Shown piece by piece: positions 7,420-15,504 of a stretch of DNA of 22,837 nt. The position numbers and the translations under genes were made by a program. Within the stretch, counting starts at the first letter, position 1; each line of letters starts with the position of its first letter. The stretch is taken from assembly GCA_043804695.1 (NCBI GenBank), contig JAZDIV010000070.1, forward strand, positions 1-22,837. The letters run 5' to 3'. Source of the DNA: PVC group bacterium. GTDB lineage: Bacteria; Auribacterota; Erginobacteria; Erginobacterales; Erginobacteraceae. The notes beneath the pieces are model-generated. The model searched no databases, was not told the DNA's origin, and saw nothing but the letters and a program-made list of their open reading frames with translations.

Positions 7420-9255
7420 ATGAGCAAGTTGCGCTCCGGGATGATCTTCTTCGTTTGTATCCTCGCCGGTCTTATTGTTACATCCTGTCAGAAACAGCAA
7501 CCACAATCGGCCCAGCGGTTTCTCCGTCTCGTTCCCGCCGACACCTTTCTCTATCTGGGGTTCAAAGATTGGAAGGTCCTCCGTGACGAGACCGGGACTT
7601 TCGACTTTGTCAAGACCGCCCGGCGCCTTCGGCTCGGCCCCCGGATCGAGAAGCTGCTGGAGCCGGTTTCCGCGGTTCCGCCCGGCGGGCGGGAAACGGG
7701 AAGCCGCCTGCTGGAGCTCCGGGAGAAGGTTAGCCTCTGGGAACTTCTGGGGGGAGAAATCGCTCTCTGCGGTTTCCCCGTCGCCCGTGACGAGCCGCCG
7801 GTTCTGGCCCTTCTCTGCCGTCTCCCGGCGGGCGGGGAGGCGCTTCATACGGATTATTTCCAAGAGATGCTTTCCCGGGCGGGATTTTCCGAAGACGAAC
7901 TGGCCGGGACTGAATCCGTTTATCTGGGAGAAAAGGTCATAACTTTTTCTCTCCCCGGCTTCTTCCCGGGGCGGCTCGCCCGGTGCACGGCAGGGGATAC
8001 CTTTCTCCTCGCCACCGGGGCTGAGGGGGCGAAGCTCATCCTCTCCCGTCTCAAGGGCGCCGGCGGCGGAAAAACACTGGCTGATGCCCCGCCCTTCCGG
8101 GAGCGTTTCCGGGGACTGGATCCGGCCGCGAAAACGGTGGTCTATCTTGACGTCGCCGCTCTGGTTGATCACGCCCGGGGTCCTTTTAAGGATCTACTGG
8201 GCAAACAAAATGTCCTGCCGCCGGAAGCAAAAGAATCGGCCGAGGCACTGTACTGCCTCGGCGGCCTGATGAGGGTTCTCGGCACGGTCAGCGCGGTCGC
8301 CGGGGCCGGAGACCTGGATGAGAACGGCTACCGGGAGACGGTCCGCTACTACCTCGACGAGAAAAACGGGAGCCGGGCGCTGCTCGATCTGGTGAAGATG
8401 CCGCCCCGGGACTGGGACGTGCTCGATTACATCCCGGAGGGGGTTGCCGACCTCTCGGCCGATTACCTCTCGCCGGAAAAGCTTTACCGGCCCCTTCTCG
8501 GCTTCATTGCCGACGACCCGGTCCGCGGCGGTGAGTTTTCGGAAATCTGGAAGAAGCTGCAGGAATCGGCGGGCATCAGCGTGGACGATGATGTTCTCTC
8601 CTGGCTGGGCGACGAGTTCGCCGTCTGCACGGTGTCCCTTTCCCGCTCATTCTTCGAGCCGGGGAGCTTCGCCCTCCTCTGCAAAGTGACCTCGGAGAAG
8701 AAGCTTGGCTCCTTCCTGGACAAACTGCTCTCCCTGGGGATGGGGCGATCCCTGAACATTGTCATTGAAGAGTACGGCGGCAGCACCCTGCGGATACTGT
8801 ACCCCCCGATCCCGCTCTTTCCCTTCAACCCGACCATCGGACGGGTGGGAGAGTACCTGGTGCTGGCCAGCCGGAAAGACGGTTTTACGGATATCGTGGA
8901 TACCTATCTCCGGGACAAGAAAAATATCAGGCAGAACCCGGAGTTTATCCGCATGAGAAAACGGCTGGGCGGGGAGGGAAGCGGGATTCATTTCAGCCGC
9001 CTGGAGGACAAGATTGATTCCCTGATAACGTTTTTCCGGAGTTCCGCCTCCATGGCGGGGATGTTTTTACCGCCTCCTTCCGATCCGGCCGCCGGGACGG
9101 AAGCTTTTCCGGTCCCTGATTCCCGGGAGGTCATTGATCTTATCAACGATCTGACCCGGGTGATGGCGGACCTGAAAGTCTTCCGGTTCTGGGGAGGCAT
9201 CAGCCGTTACCGGGATGGATATATCGAAATAAATGAATTCGTGGAGATTAAATAA
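7420..9255 (+). CDS. Hypothetical lipoprotein, DUF3352-like (611 aa)
   Basis: GGGAGG SD before ATG 7420. Lipobox-like signal MSKLRSGMIFFVCILAGLIVTSC. Two internally repeated halves (LVPADT...LLGGEIAL / YIPEGV...WLGDEFAV, EEYGG, YLVLAS), typical of DUF3352-type proteins. Confidence 0.65.
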   Translation: MSKLRSGMIFFVCILAGLIVTSCQKQQPQSAQRFLRLVPADTFLYLGFKDWKVLRDETGTFDFVKTARRLRLGPRIEKLLEPVSAVPPGGRETGSRLLELREKVSLWELLGGEIALCGFPVARDEPPVLALLCRLPAGGEALHTDYFQEMLSRAGFSEDELAGTESVYLGEKVITFSLPGFFPGRLARCTAGDTFLLATGAEGAKLILSRLKGAGGGKTLADAPPFRERFRGLDPAAKTVVYLDVAALVDHARGPFKDLLGKQNVLPPEAKESAEALYCLGGLMRVLGTVSAVAGAGDLDENGYRETVRYYLDEKNGSRALLDLVKMPPRDWDVLDYIPEGVADLSADYLSPEKLYRPLLGFIADDPVRGGEFSEIWKKLQESAGISVDDDVLSWLGDEFAVCTVSLSRSFFEPGSFALLCKVTSEKKLGSFLDKLLSLGMGRSLNIVIEEYGGSTLRILYPPIPLFPFNPTIGRVGEYLVLASRKDGFTDIVDTYLRDKKNIRQNPEFIRMRKRLGGEGSGIHFSRLEDKIDSLITFFRSSASMAGMFLPPPSDPAAGTEAFPVPDSREVIDLINDLTRVMADLKVFRFWGGISRYRDGYIEINEFVEIK

Positions 9256-9358
9256 ATCTGCTCCCTTTGGTCGCACATTTATTTAAATTAGAAAAGTTGT
9301 CGGATTATCGGGTGAAATAAGATGGTGCGCTTTTGGCAACACTTTGACTCTTTGAAAA

Positions 9359-9537
9359 ATCTCACCACCGACCCTGTGTCGGTGGAAACGTGATTGATAA
9401 CTAAAAGCACTGCCCTAACCCGCTACCCCTCTCCTCCCGGGCCTACGGCGCGGGAGGAGAGGGGCGATGTCGGGGAAAAGGAAGAGGTCAAGCAGTTGTT
9501 AGTCATTCTCCCACCGACACAAGGTCGGTGGTGAGAT
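9359..9537. mobile_element. MITE/REP-doublet-like element with 44-bp terminal inverted repeats and an internal hairpin
   Basis: 9359-9402 atctcaccaccgaccctgtgtcggtggaaacgtgattgataact versus revcomp of 9494-9537 atctcaccaccgaccttgtgtcggtgggagaatgactaacaact. Each arm contains the hairpin CCACCGAC-N5-GTCGGTGG. Central hairpin cccctctcctcccg-N11-cgggaggagagggg (9426-9464). Confidence 0.7.
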
Positions 9538-9558
9538 GATATATACATTATCAAAGAA

Positions 9559-9750
9559 TTACTAAGGAGAGCATAAAATAGGTTGCAATGTCATTGCGAG
9601 GAACGAAGTGAGCCGCCTCCGCCATAGTAGCCGAAGGCTACGGTGGCTGGACGAAGCAATCTCAATCATTTTGAGAACAAGAGATTGCCTCGCTGCGCTC
9701 GCAATGACTATCACAAATTAATGTAATCTATTGAATGCTCTCCTTAGTAA
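9559..9750. mobile_element. Nested non-autonomous element: 29-bp TIRs enclosing a GTCATTGCGAG...CTCGCAATGAC palindromic element that carries a 40-bp insert
   Basis: TIRs 9559-9587 and 9722-9750 (25/29 identical). Inner palindrome 9590-9708. Insert 9612-9651 with a gtagcc-gaa-ggctac hairpin. Confidence 0.7.
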
Positions 9751-9779
9751 ATAGCAGATGAGCAGGAGGAGAAGGAGAG

Positions 9780-10418
9780 ATGACGAAGAACGCGGCAATG
9801 ATGGTTGTGATTATTTTACTGTTTGTGCCTTCGCTCCGGGCCCAGGACGCTGTACAGGAGACGCCGGAACCCGCGACCGGGGTGGCGATTGGCGGCGGGA
9901 TCTGGGGGCGATACCTGCACCTGGAACTCCAGCACTGGAAGTACCCGGACGGCGAACGTCTCCCCGAGCAGGATCTTTTCTACTACGGCGGCCGGGTCGT
10001 GGTCTGCGGCCCGCTGAATGAGGCTGGAACGATGCGCTGGCGGTTCGGCGGCGCCGTCGGAGCGGCCGGCAGCGGCGATGACGATGTCAATGAGCTGAAC
10101 CTGGGGATGATCACCGGGGGCCTGACGTCGGGCCTTAGCTGGCGCCCGGGGATTATCGGCGTCAGTCTCGACCTGATTGTCGGGGGGAGCGCCATCACCA
10201 CCGAGGTCAAGCGCCTGGAAGAGGCCCACGACTGGGACCTCTACGAACGGCGGGACGTCGCCCTCTTCTACTGGGAGCCGATGCTCAGCTTCGATGTCCA
10301 GGTTCTGGAGAACTTCGTGATCCGCCTCCAGGGAGGGTACTCCTTCCTCTACGGGAAGGGGAAAGAGGTGGGTGGGGCCACCGCCGGTCTGGCCTGCGAC
10401 CTGGGTCAGTGGATGTAA
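9780..10418 (+). CDS. Exported protein, probable outer-membrane beta-barrel
   Basis: AGGAG SD, signal peptide ending SLRA-Q, alternating Gly/aromatic beta-strands (WRFGGAVGA, IRLQGGYSFLY), C-terminal aromatic residue. Confidence 0.65.
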   Translation: MTKNAAMMVVIILLFVPSLRAQDAVQETPEPATGVAIGGGIWGRYLHLELQHWKYPDGERLPEQDLFYYGGRVVVCGPLNEAGTMRWRFGGAVGAAGSGDDDVNELNLGMITGGLTSGLSWRPGIIGVSLDLIVGGSAITTEVKRLEEAHDWDLYERRDVALFYWEPMLSFDVQVLENFVIRLQGGYSFLYGKGKEVGGATAGLACDLGQWM

Positions 10419-10466
10419 AATTTTTCTCCGAAAAATTTTACTGAGTTGTATAACGACAAATCCCCC

Positions 10467-10508
10467 ATGTTCGATGTTGGATGTTGAACGTTCGATGTTG
10501 GACATTCA
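10467..10508 (+). repeat. 7-bp tandem-repeat arm (ATGTTSR)n
   Basis: atgttcg atgttgg atgttga acgttcg atgttgg acattca; same family at ~2245 and ~13138-13178. Confidence 0.8.
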
Positions 10509-10569
10509 TTTTTTCCCCCTCACCGCCTTATATTTCCGTTCCTTTCCTGTCAATAAAATACATGACATA

Positions 10570-10598
10570 TTGCGGTGTGAGTTCGTGGATGATATGAT
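10570..10598 (+). promoter_or_regulatory. Putative sigma70 promoter for the S8 protease
   Basis: TTGCGG-17 nt-TATGAT with extended -10 TG. A TGTCA-N10-TGACA palindrome (10548-10567) lies just upstream. Confidence 0.45.
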
Positions 10599-10723
10599 GT
10601 GGTACGCCATTCTCAGGCCGGGTGTGTAACTTGATAGGCACCGTGAGCGATTAGTAGCGTATACGTCCGAATCGGTGGCGTATCGTTATCCGTCTTTAGA
10701 ATCACCGCATCCGAGGTGCTATC

Positions 10724-12928
10724 GTGATCACCACTTTTATTCTCAGCTGGTTTCTGGTAGTGAGTGAACCCGTCACTGTTGTCGCCGAGTTTTCCGGCCG
10801 GTATCCGAGCGAGGAGAACCTGATTGAGGTGATGTTCGACAGCAACCTCCGGGTCAGGCTCCGGTCGGGCCGGCCGGTGGAGCTCGGCCGCCGGGTCTTG
10901 GAGGCGATGGATGATCTGCGGCAGCGTTGCGCCGGCGGCATCTGGTACCGGCTCTGCGACGTCCCCGAGGAGAAGTTGGACGAGCTGCAGGCCCGGGGCG
11001 AGAGAAGAACCGGGCGGCCGGTTTACAACCTCAACAACATCTACCGTCTGGAAATCCCGGAAGGAGAGGACCCTTGGGCCATGAGCCGGGCGCTGGAGAA
11101 AAATTCAGCGGTGATCTGGGCCCGCCCCGTCCCTCTCCGGCCCCCGCCCCCGCTCCCCCCTGATATGGAGGCCGACCAGGGATACCTGGACCCGGCCTCC
11201 TCGACCCCGACCGGGATCAACGCCGGGTACGCCTGGACCCAGCCCGGGGGGGACGGGACCGGTGTCACCGTCTGCGACATCGAGGGAGGCTGGAACTACG
11301 ATCACCACGACCTGACCAAACTCCCCGGCTCGACGGTCAACGCGGGATGGGGCTGTATCTTTGAAAGCGACAGTGTTACCCACGGCACCTCGGTGGTGGG
11401 GGAGTTGGTGGCCGACCGTAACGGCTGGGGGGTAACGGGCATCTGTTACGGCGCTACCCTGATGACCGCCTGCGATTACTACGGCGACCCGGCGGAGTGG
11501 AACCCGGCGGCGGCGATCGCCACGGCGGCCGCCTCCCTTCAGGCGGGAGATATTATCCTCCTGGAAGAGCAGTGGTGGCTCCGGCCTTATACGATTCCGC
11601 ATATGTACGTGCCGATCGAATGGTGCGGGGTCTCCTACCCGGACACCGTGCAGACCGACAATCCCGTCTACGCGGCGATTGCCGGCGCCGTAGCCGCCGG
11701 CATCCACGTCATTGAACCGGCCGGCAACGGCGGCGTCAACCTCGACAACTACACCTGGCTGGCGGACTCGGGAGCGGTGATCGTCGGTGCGGGGGGTGTT
11801 TCCAGCGGATCGTACACAGGCGACAACCTGGAGCGGATCTCCTTCTCGAGCTACGGGTCGCGGGTGAATGTCCAGGGGTGGGGTGAGGAGGTCGTCACCA
11901 CCGGCGGGGGCGATTTCTATTCGGCGGAAGGCGATGACTACTATTACACGGACACGTTCTCGGGGACCTCGAGCGCCTCCCCGGTGGTGGCCGGTGCCGC
12001 CGCCTGCTGCGTGGGGTACTGGATGGGCGGGCTCGGCCAGTCCAAGTCCGGACTTTCGCCGGCGCTTCTGCGGGACGTCCTTGCCGCCACCGGGACCCCC
12101 CAGGTCAACCCGGGGACGGGCAACATCGGGCCCCGTCCCGATCTGCTCAGGGCGTTCCGGGACCTCCGCAACCTGGTCAACCCGGGGGGCGGGATCCGTT
12201 CCGGTGACTACGACGGGGACGGGACCGCGGATATCGCCGTTTTCCGGGCGAGCGCGGGGCTGTGGTCGATCCGGAACGTCTCCCGGACGTACTTCGGGTC
12301 CTCTTCGGACCTTCCCGTTCCTGGTGACTACGACGGCGATGAGACCACCGATATGGGGATCTATCGGCCGTCAACCGGCCTGTGGGCACTGCGGGGGGTG
12401 TCGCGGGTATATTTCGGCACGTCCTCCGATATCACGCTCACCGGGGAATACAACGGGGACGGCCGCTGCGATATCGGTGTTTTCCGGCCCTCTTCGGGCC
12501 TCTGGGCGATCCGGAGGATAAGTCGTGCCTACTTCGGGACCACCGGGGACGCGGTCGTCCCCGGTGACTACAACGGCGACGGGACGGACGATATCGCTGT
12601 CTTCCGTTCCTCCTCCGGGCTCTGGGCAATCCGGTCCCTCAGCCGGATCTACTTCGGTTCTGTCTCCGCCTTCGCCGTTCCCGGCGACTACAACGTCGCC
12701 GGCCGCTTCACGCCCGGGATTTTCCGGCCATCGTCGGGCCTCTGGGCGATCCGGGGAGTGTCCCGCGCCTACTTCGGCGGGTCATCGGACCTGGCGGTCC
12801 CCGCCGATTACAACGGCGACGGCGCAGATGAGATCGGCATCTTCCGTGACACTGCCGGCCTCTGGGCGATCCCCGGCGTGAGCCGGGTCTATTACGGCAG
12901 GAGCGGCGACATCCCCGTCACCCGCTGA
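10724..12928 (+). CDS. Subtilisin-like S8 serine protease with pro-region and C-terminal FG-GAP/VCBS-like repeat domain
   Basis: GAGGTG SD before the GTG start. Catalytic D (CDIEGG), H (THGTSVVG), oxyanion N (PAGNG), S (FSGTSSASP). Six 40-aa GDYDGDG repeats. Confidence 0.9.
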   Translation: MITTFILSWFLVVSEPVTVVAEFSGRYPSEENLIEVMFDSNLRVRLRSGRPVELGRRVLEAMDDLRQRCAGGIWYRLCDVPEEKLDELQARGERRTGRPVYNLNNIYRLEIPEGEDPWAMSRALEKNSAVIWARPVPLRPPPPLPPDMEADQGYLDPASSTPTGINAGYAWTQPGGDGTGVTVCDIEGGWNYDHHDLTKLPGSTVNAGWGCIFESDSVTHGTSVVGELVADRNGWGVTGICYGATLMTACDYYGDPAEWNPAAAIATAAASLQAGDIILLEEQWWLRPYTIPHMYVPIEWCGVSYPDTVQTDNPVYAAIAGAVAAGIHVIEPAGNGGVNLDNYTWLADSGAVIVGAGGVSSGSYTGDNLERISFSSYGSRVNVQGWGEEVVTTGGGDFYSAEGDDYYYTDTFSGTSSASPVVAGAAACCVGYWMGGLGQSKSGLSPALLRDVLAATGTPQVNPGTGNIGPRPDLLRAFRDLRNLVNPGGGIRSGDYDGDGTADIAVFRASAGLWSIRNVSRTYFGSSSDLPVPGDYDGDETTDMGIYRPSTGLWALRGVSRVYFGTSSDITLTGEYNGDGRCDIGVFRPSSGLWAIRRISRAYFGTTGDAVVPGDYNGDGTDDIAVFRSSSGLWAIRSLSRIYFGSVSAFAVPGDYNVAGRFTPGIFRPSSGLWAIRGVSRAYFGGSSDLAVPADYNGDGADEIGIFRDTAGLWAIPGVSRVYYGRSGDIPVTR
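12200..12925 (+). repeat. Six 120-nt (40-aa) coding repeats GDY(D/N)GDG..DI.VFRPSSGLWAIR.VSR.YFG
   Basis: The period is exactly 120 nt (12200, 12320, 12440...) and the array ends DIPVTR-stop. Confidence 0.9.
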
Positions 12929-12945
12929 CCCCGCCGTGCCCCCTG

Positions 12946-13180
12946 ATTAATCCACTGATATTACACAGATTACTTTGATTTGTTTCCTCTACCCCGGCCC
13001 CTCTTGAGTCCACGAATTACACTAATGTGCACTAATGATTTGCCTCGAAGCGAAGCGGAGACATCGAACATTTATATGAGATGCCCTCCCTCAGTCCCTT
13101 TCTTTGACAGGATAAACTGGATTGACAAGACCAGGACATTCGAAGTTGAGCGTTGGAAGTTGAATGTTGGACGTTTGAGG
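12946..13180. repeat. Mosaic of repeat arms joined by a CTACCCCGGCCCCT motif
   Basis: ACACAGAT-type arm, junction motif 12989-13002, ACACGAAT-type arm, GCGAAGC mini-hairpin, GACAGGAT-type arm, GTTGAA heptamer arm. Confidence 0.7.
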
Positions 13181-13207
13181 TTCTTTTTTTATTTTCCTGC
13201 GGGTACT

Positions 13208-13675
13208 TTAATTAAGGCCGAGCTGCCGTGCCAGCTTTGCTTCCAGAGGGTGCCTGACTGTCTTGAGTTTCGCGTATTCCTCCCCGGCCGCGCGAAGATC
13301 ACCAGCGTCTGCACGAGCTCTTGCCAGCCAGTAGTGAATCTTGGGGGCGGCAAAACCCATCTCCAGCGCCCGCTGGTAGGACGCGATCGCCGCCGGCAGA
13401 TTTCCCCGCCGGTAGGAGATATACCCGAGAATGAAGTGGGCTTCCGCGTCTCCCGGGTTTTCTCCCACCCTCTTGAGATACTGGCTTTCTTCTCCCTCCT
13501 GGATTGACTTCAGTCCCAGACGATACGCTGCCTCCTTGAGATCGAAGGTGCCGGGAAGAAAGAGCCAGTAGGTATGGAACGACCTCATGGGCGCCCGGTA
13601 GACCGTGGCCCAGAAACCACCCCAGCCCGCAAAGAGTATAAGTGCGGTAATCAGTAATACGGTGGTGCGTTTCAT
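13208..13675 (-). CDS. Membrane-anchored tetratricopeptide repeat protein
   Basis: N-terminal hydrophobic helix; TPR motifs PGDAEAHFILGYISYRRGNLPAAIASYQRAL and IHYWLARARADAGD. Confidence 0.8.
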   Translation of the reverse strand: MKRTTVLLITALILFAGWGGFWATVYRAPMRSFHTYWLFLPGTFDLKEAAYRLGLKSIQEGEESQYLKRVGENPGDAEAHFILGYISYRRGNLPAAIASYQRALEMGFAAPKIHYWLARARADAGDLRAAGEEYAKLKTVRHPLEAKLARQLGLN

Positions 13676-13769
13676 TGTAACCAAATCTGATGTCCCGGCA
13701 TGCCGGTATTAAAATGTCCCGGTATTCCGGTCGGCTATTTCATCATTGCTATTTCCCAGTCCGCCGGTA

Positions 13770-13778
13770 TGTTATAAT
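13770..13778 (+). promoter_or_regulatory. Extended -10 promoter element upstream of the ferritin-like gene
   Basis: TGTTATAAT (TGnTATAAT) in an AT-rich spacer, ~67 nt before ATG 13845. Confidence 0.45.
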
Positions 13779-13844
13779 ATATATTTTAATCATCCTAATT
13801 TAAATTCGTGAACGAAGTGAGCTAATTTATACAGGGAGGAAGTG

Positions 13845-14324
13845 ATGGCAAGCATATTCAACATGGCCGAGGTCGTCGAGATCGGGATCGAGAAGGAGAA
13901 GAAGAGGCGGGATTTCTACGGGGCGGTCGCCTCCTCGACCGCGGAGGCGGAGTTAAAAGACCTTTTTCAAAAACTGGCGGACTGGGAAGAGGAGCACGTC
14001 CGAAAATTCCAGAGCATCCGGGACGGGATCGACGAGGGAGAGCCGGTAGAATCATACGAGGGCGAGGAAGCCGAATACATGAAAGCCCTGGTCGATGACC
14101 AGCTGTATTGTGACGTTTCCCCGGGGGACCTGGCCGGCAGTCTTCGGACACCCGTCGAAGCGATCGAAAAGGGTATCGATTTCGAGAAAGACGCCATTCT
14201 CTTCTTCCGGAGCCTGGGTGTATTTCTCTCCCTGCAACGGAGAAAGATCATCAACGAGCTGGTCCGGGAAGAACAGGAGCACCTGGTTTACCTGAGCCGC
14301 CTGCGGGAGAAGTATCGGTCGTAA
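13845..14324 (+). CDS. Rubrerythrin/ferritin-like di-iron protein
   Basis: GGGAGG SD. Duplicated di-iron motifs E...FY...EEEH and FEKDAILFF...EQEH. No rubredoxin domain. Confidence 0.85.
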   Translation: MASIFNMAEVVEIGIEKEKKRRDFYGAVASSTAEAELKDLFQKLADWEEEHVRKFQSIRDGIDEGEPVESYEGEEAEYMKALVDDQLYCDVSPGDLAGSLRTPVEAIEKGIDFEKDAILFFRSLGVFLSLQRRKIINELVREEQEHLVYLSRLREKYRS

Positions 14325-14383
14325 AAATGCCTCTCTGCAGTTGGATTTCTGGATTGGCCCAAACTATAATATGTAGTTAAAAA

Positions 14384-14465
14384 GGAGTGATGAAATATTG
14401 GAGTAGTGGAGTGATGGGAAACCAGCTTTCCAACACTCCAGTATTCCAGTACTCCATTACTCCAT
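14384..14465. repeat. Inverted pair of 8-bp repeat arms (GGAGTRNT)n / (ACTCCANT)n in the cysE leader
   Basis: ggagtgatgaaatattggagtagtggagtgatggg ... ccaacactccagtattccagtactccattactccat, downstream of a TTGGAT-18-TATAAT promoter-like site (14341-14370). Confidence 0.8.
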
Positions 14466-14517
14466 GCTAACTATCCCGAGCTGATTTGCTGACATAAATC
14501 TCAAGAGGTTTCATACG

Positions 14518-15480
14518 ATGACGGCGAAGAGACAAAAACGAGAGACTCTGGCGGATACGGTTGACCGGATCATCGAGTCTTACAACCGTTGCGGGGGGAT
14601 CAACCATATTCGGGGCCCCAATCTCCCCTCCCGGGGAGAGATTGTGGAGACACTGGAATCCCTGATCACGGTTATCTTCCCGGGATTCTTTACCAGGGGG
14701 GTCATTGATAAGGATAACGTGCGTTACTGGGTGGGGACGCAGTGCGCGGAGATTTACCCCCAGTTGGAGGACCAGATCAACAAATGCTTCCGTTATTTCT
14801 GCAGAAATTGGAAAAGCTGCCGCCCTGATGAAATCCGGTGCCTGATCAGGGGAAGGGAAAGCTGCCTGACCAGCGCCCGGAAGATAACCAGGGCTCTCTT
14901 CCGGGAGCTCCCTTCCCTCCGGGAGGTGCTCTTCCAGGATGTCCGGGCCCATTTCACCGGCGACCCCGCGGCCAAGAGCATGGATGAGATCATCCTCGCC
15001 TACCCGGGCCTGTTCGCGATCACCGTCTACCGGATCGCCCATATCCTCTGGAAGAAAAAAGTGCCGCTGCTCCCCCGGATCATGTCCGAGTATGCTCACA
15101 CCCGGACCGGGATCGACATTCACCCGGGCGCCCGCATCGGTCATCACTTCATGATCGATCACGGGACGGGGGTGGTGATCGGGGAGACAACTGTCATCGG
15201 GGATCACGTCCGGATCTACCAGGGGGTCACCCTGGGCGCGCTCTCGGTGCCGGCCGACGCCGGGCTCTTCCGGAGCAGGAAGAGACACCCCACGATCAAG
15301 GACAACGTGACCATCTATGCCGGGGCCACCATCCTGGGGGGGCGGACGGTCATCGGCCGGGGCGCGGTGATCGGGGGAAATGTTTGGCTCACCCGGTCCA
15401 TCCCGCCGCGTACCACCGTCTTCGGCGAACTTCCCGTCCTCGCCATCACCAGGGAGATGCCGTATAAAATGAAGCAATAA
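14518..15480 (+). CDS. cysE: Serine O-acetyltransferase (EpsC/long type)
   Basis: GDPAA, YPGLFAITVYRIAH, TGIDIHPGARIG, IDHGTGVVIGET, YQGVTLGA, KRHPTI hexapeptide repeats. Confidence 0.95.
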   Translation: MTAKRQKRETLADTVDRIIESYNRCGGINHIRGPNLPSRGEIVETLESLITVIFPGFFTRGVIDKDNVRYWVGTQCAEIYPQLEDQINKCFRYFCRNWKSCRPDEIRCLIRGRESCLTSARKITRALFRELPSLREVLFQDVRAHFTGDPAAKSMDEIILAYPGLFAITVYRIAHILWKKKVPLLPRIMSEYAHTRTGIDIHPGARIGHHFMIDHGTGVVIGETTVIGDHVRIYQGVTLGALSVPADAGLFRSRKRHPTIKDNVTIYAGATILGGRTVIGRGAVIGGNVWLTRSIPPRTTVFGELPVLAITREMPYKMKQ

Positions 15481-15504
15481 TCTTATTTTTTCTGCGAAAA
15501 AATA

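Noticed and set aside
10599..10723. Possible riboswitch in the ~120-nt leader of the S8 protease
   Set aside because: No recognisable aptamer consensus by eye; an Rfam/Infernal scan would be needed.
12200..12925. Regular 120-nt repeats as a possible CRISPR array or DGR template/variable repeat
   Set aside because: They are in-frame, degenerate coding repeats with no unique spacers, no adenine-specific variation and no cas or RT gene.
12980..13507. 175-aa plus-strand ORF and similar ORFs/N-terminal extensions (9816-10505, 3570-3668, 7273-7419, 18343-18525, 20199-20441, 22299-22580)
   Set aside because: They are translations of intergenic repeat DNA (e.g. FEVERWKLNVGR, SNIERSTSNIE, LHYSI) or overlap better-supported genes; better starts exist downstream.
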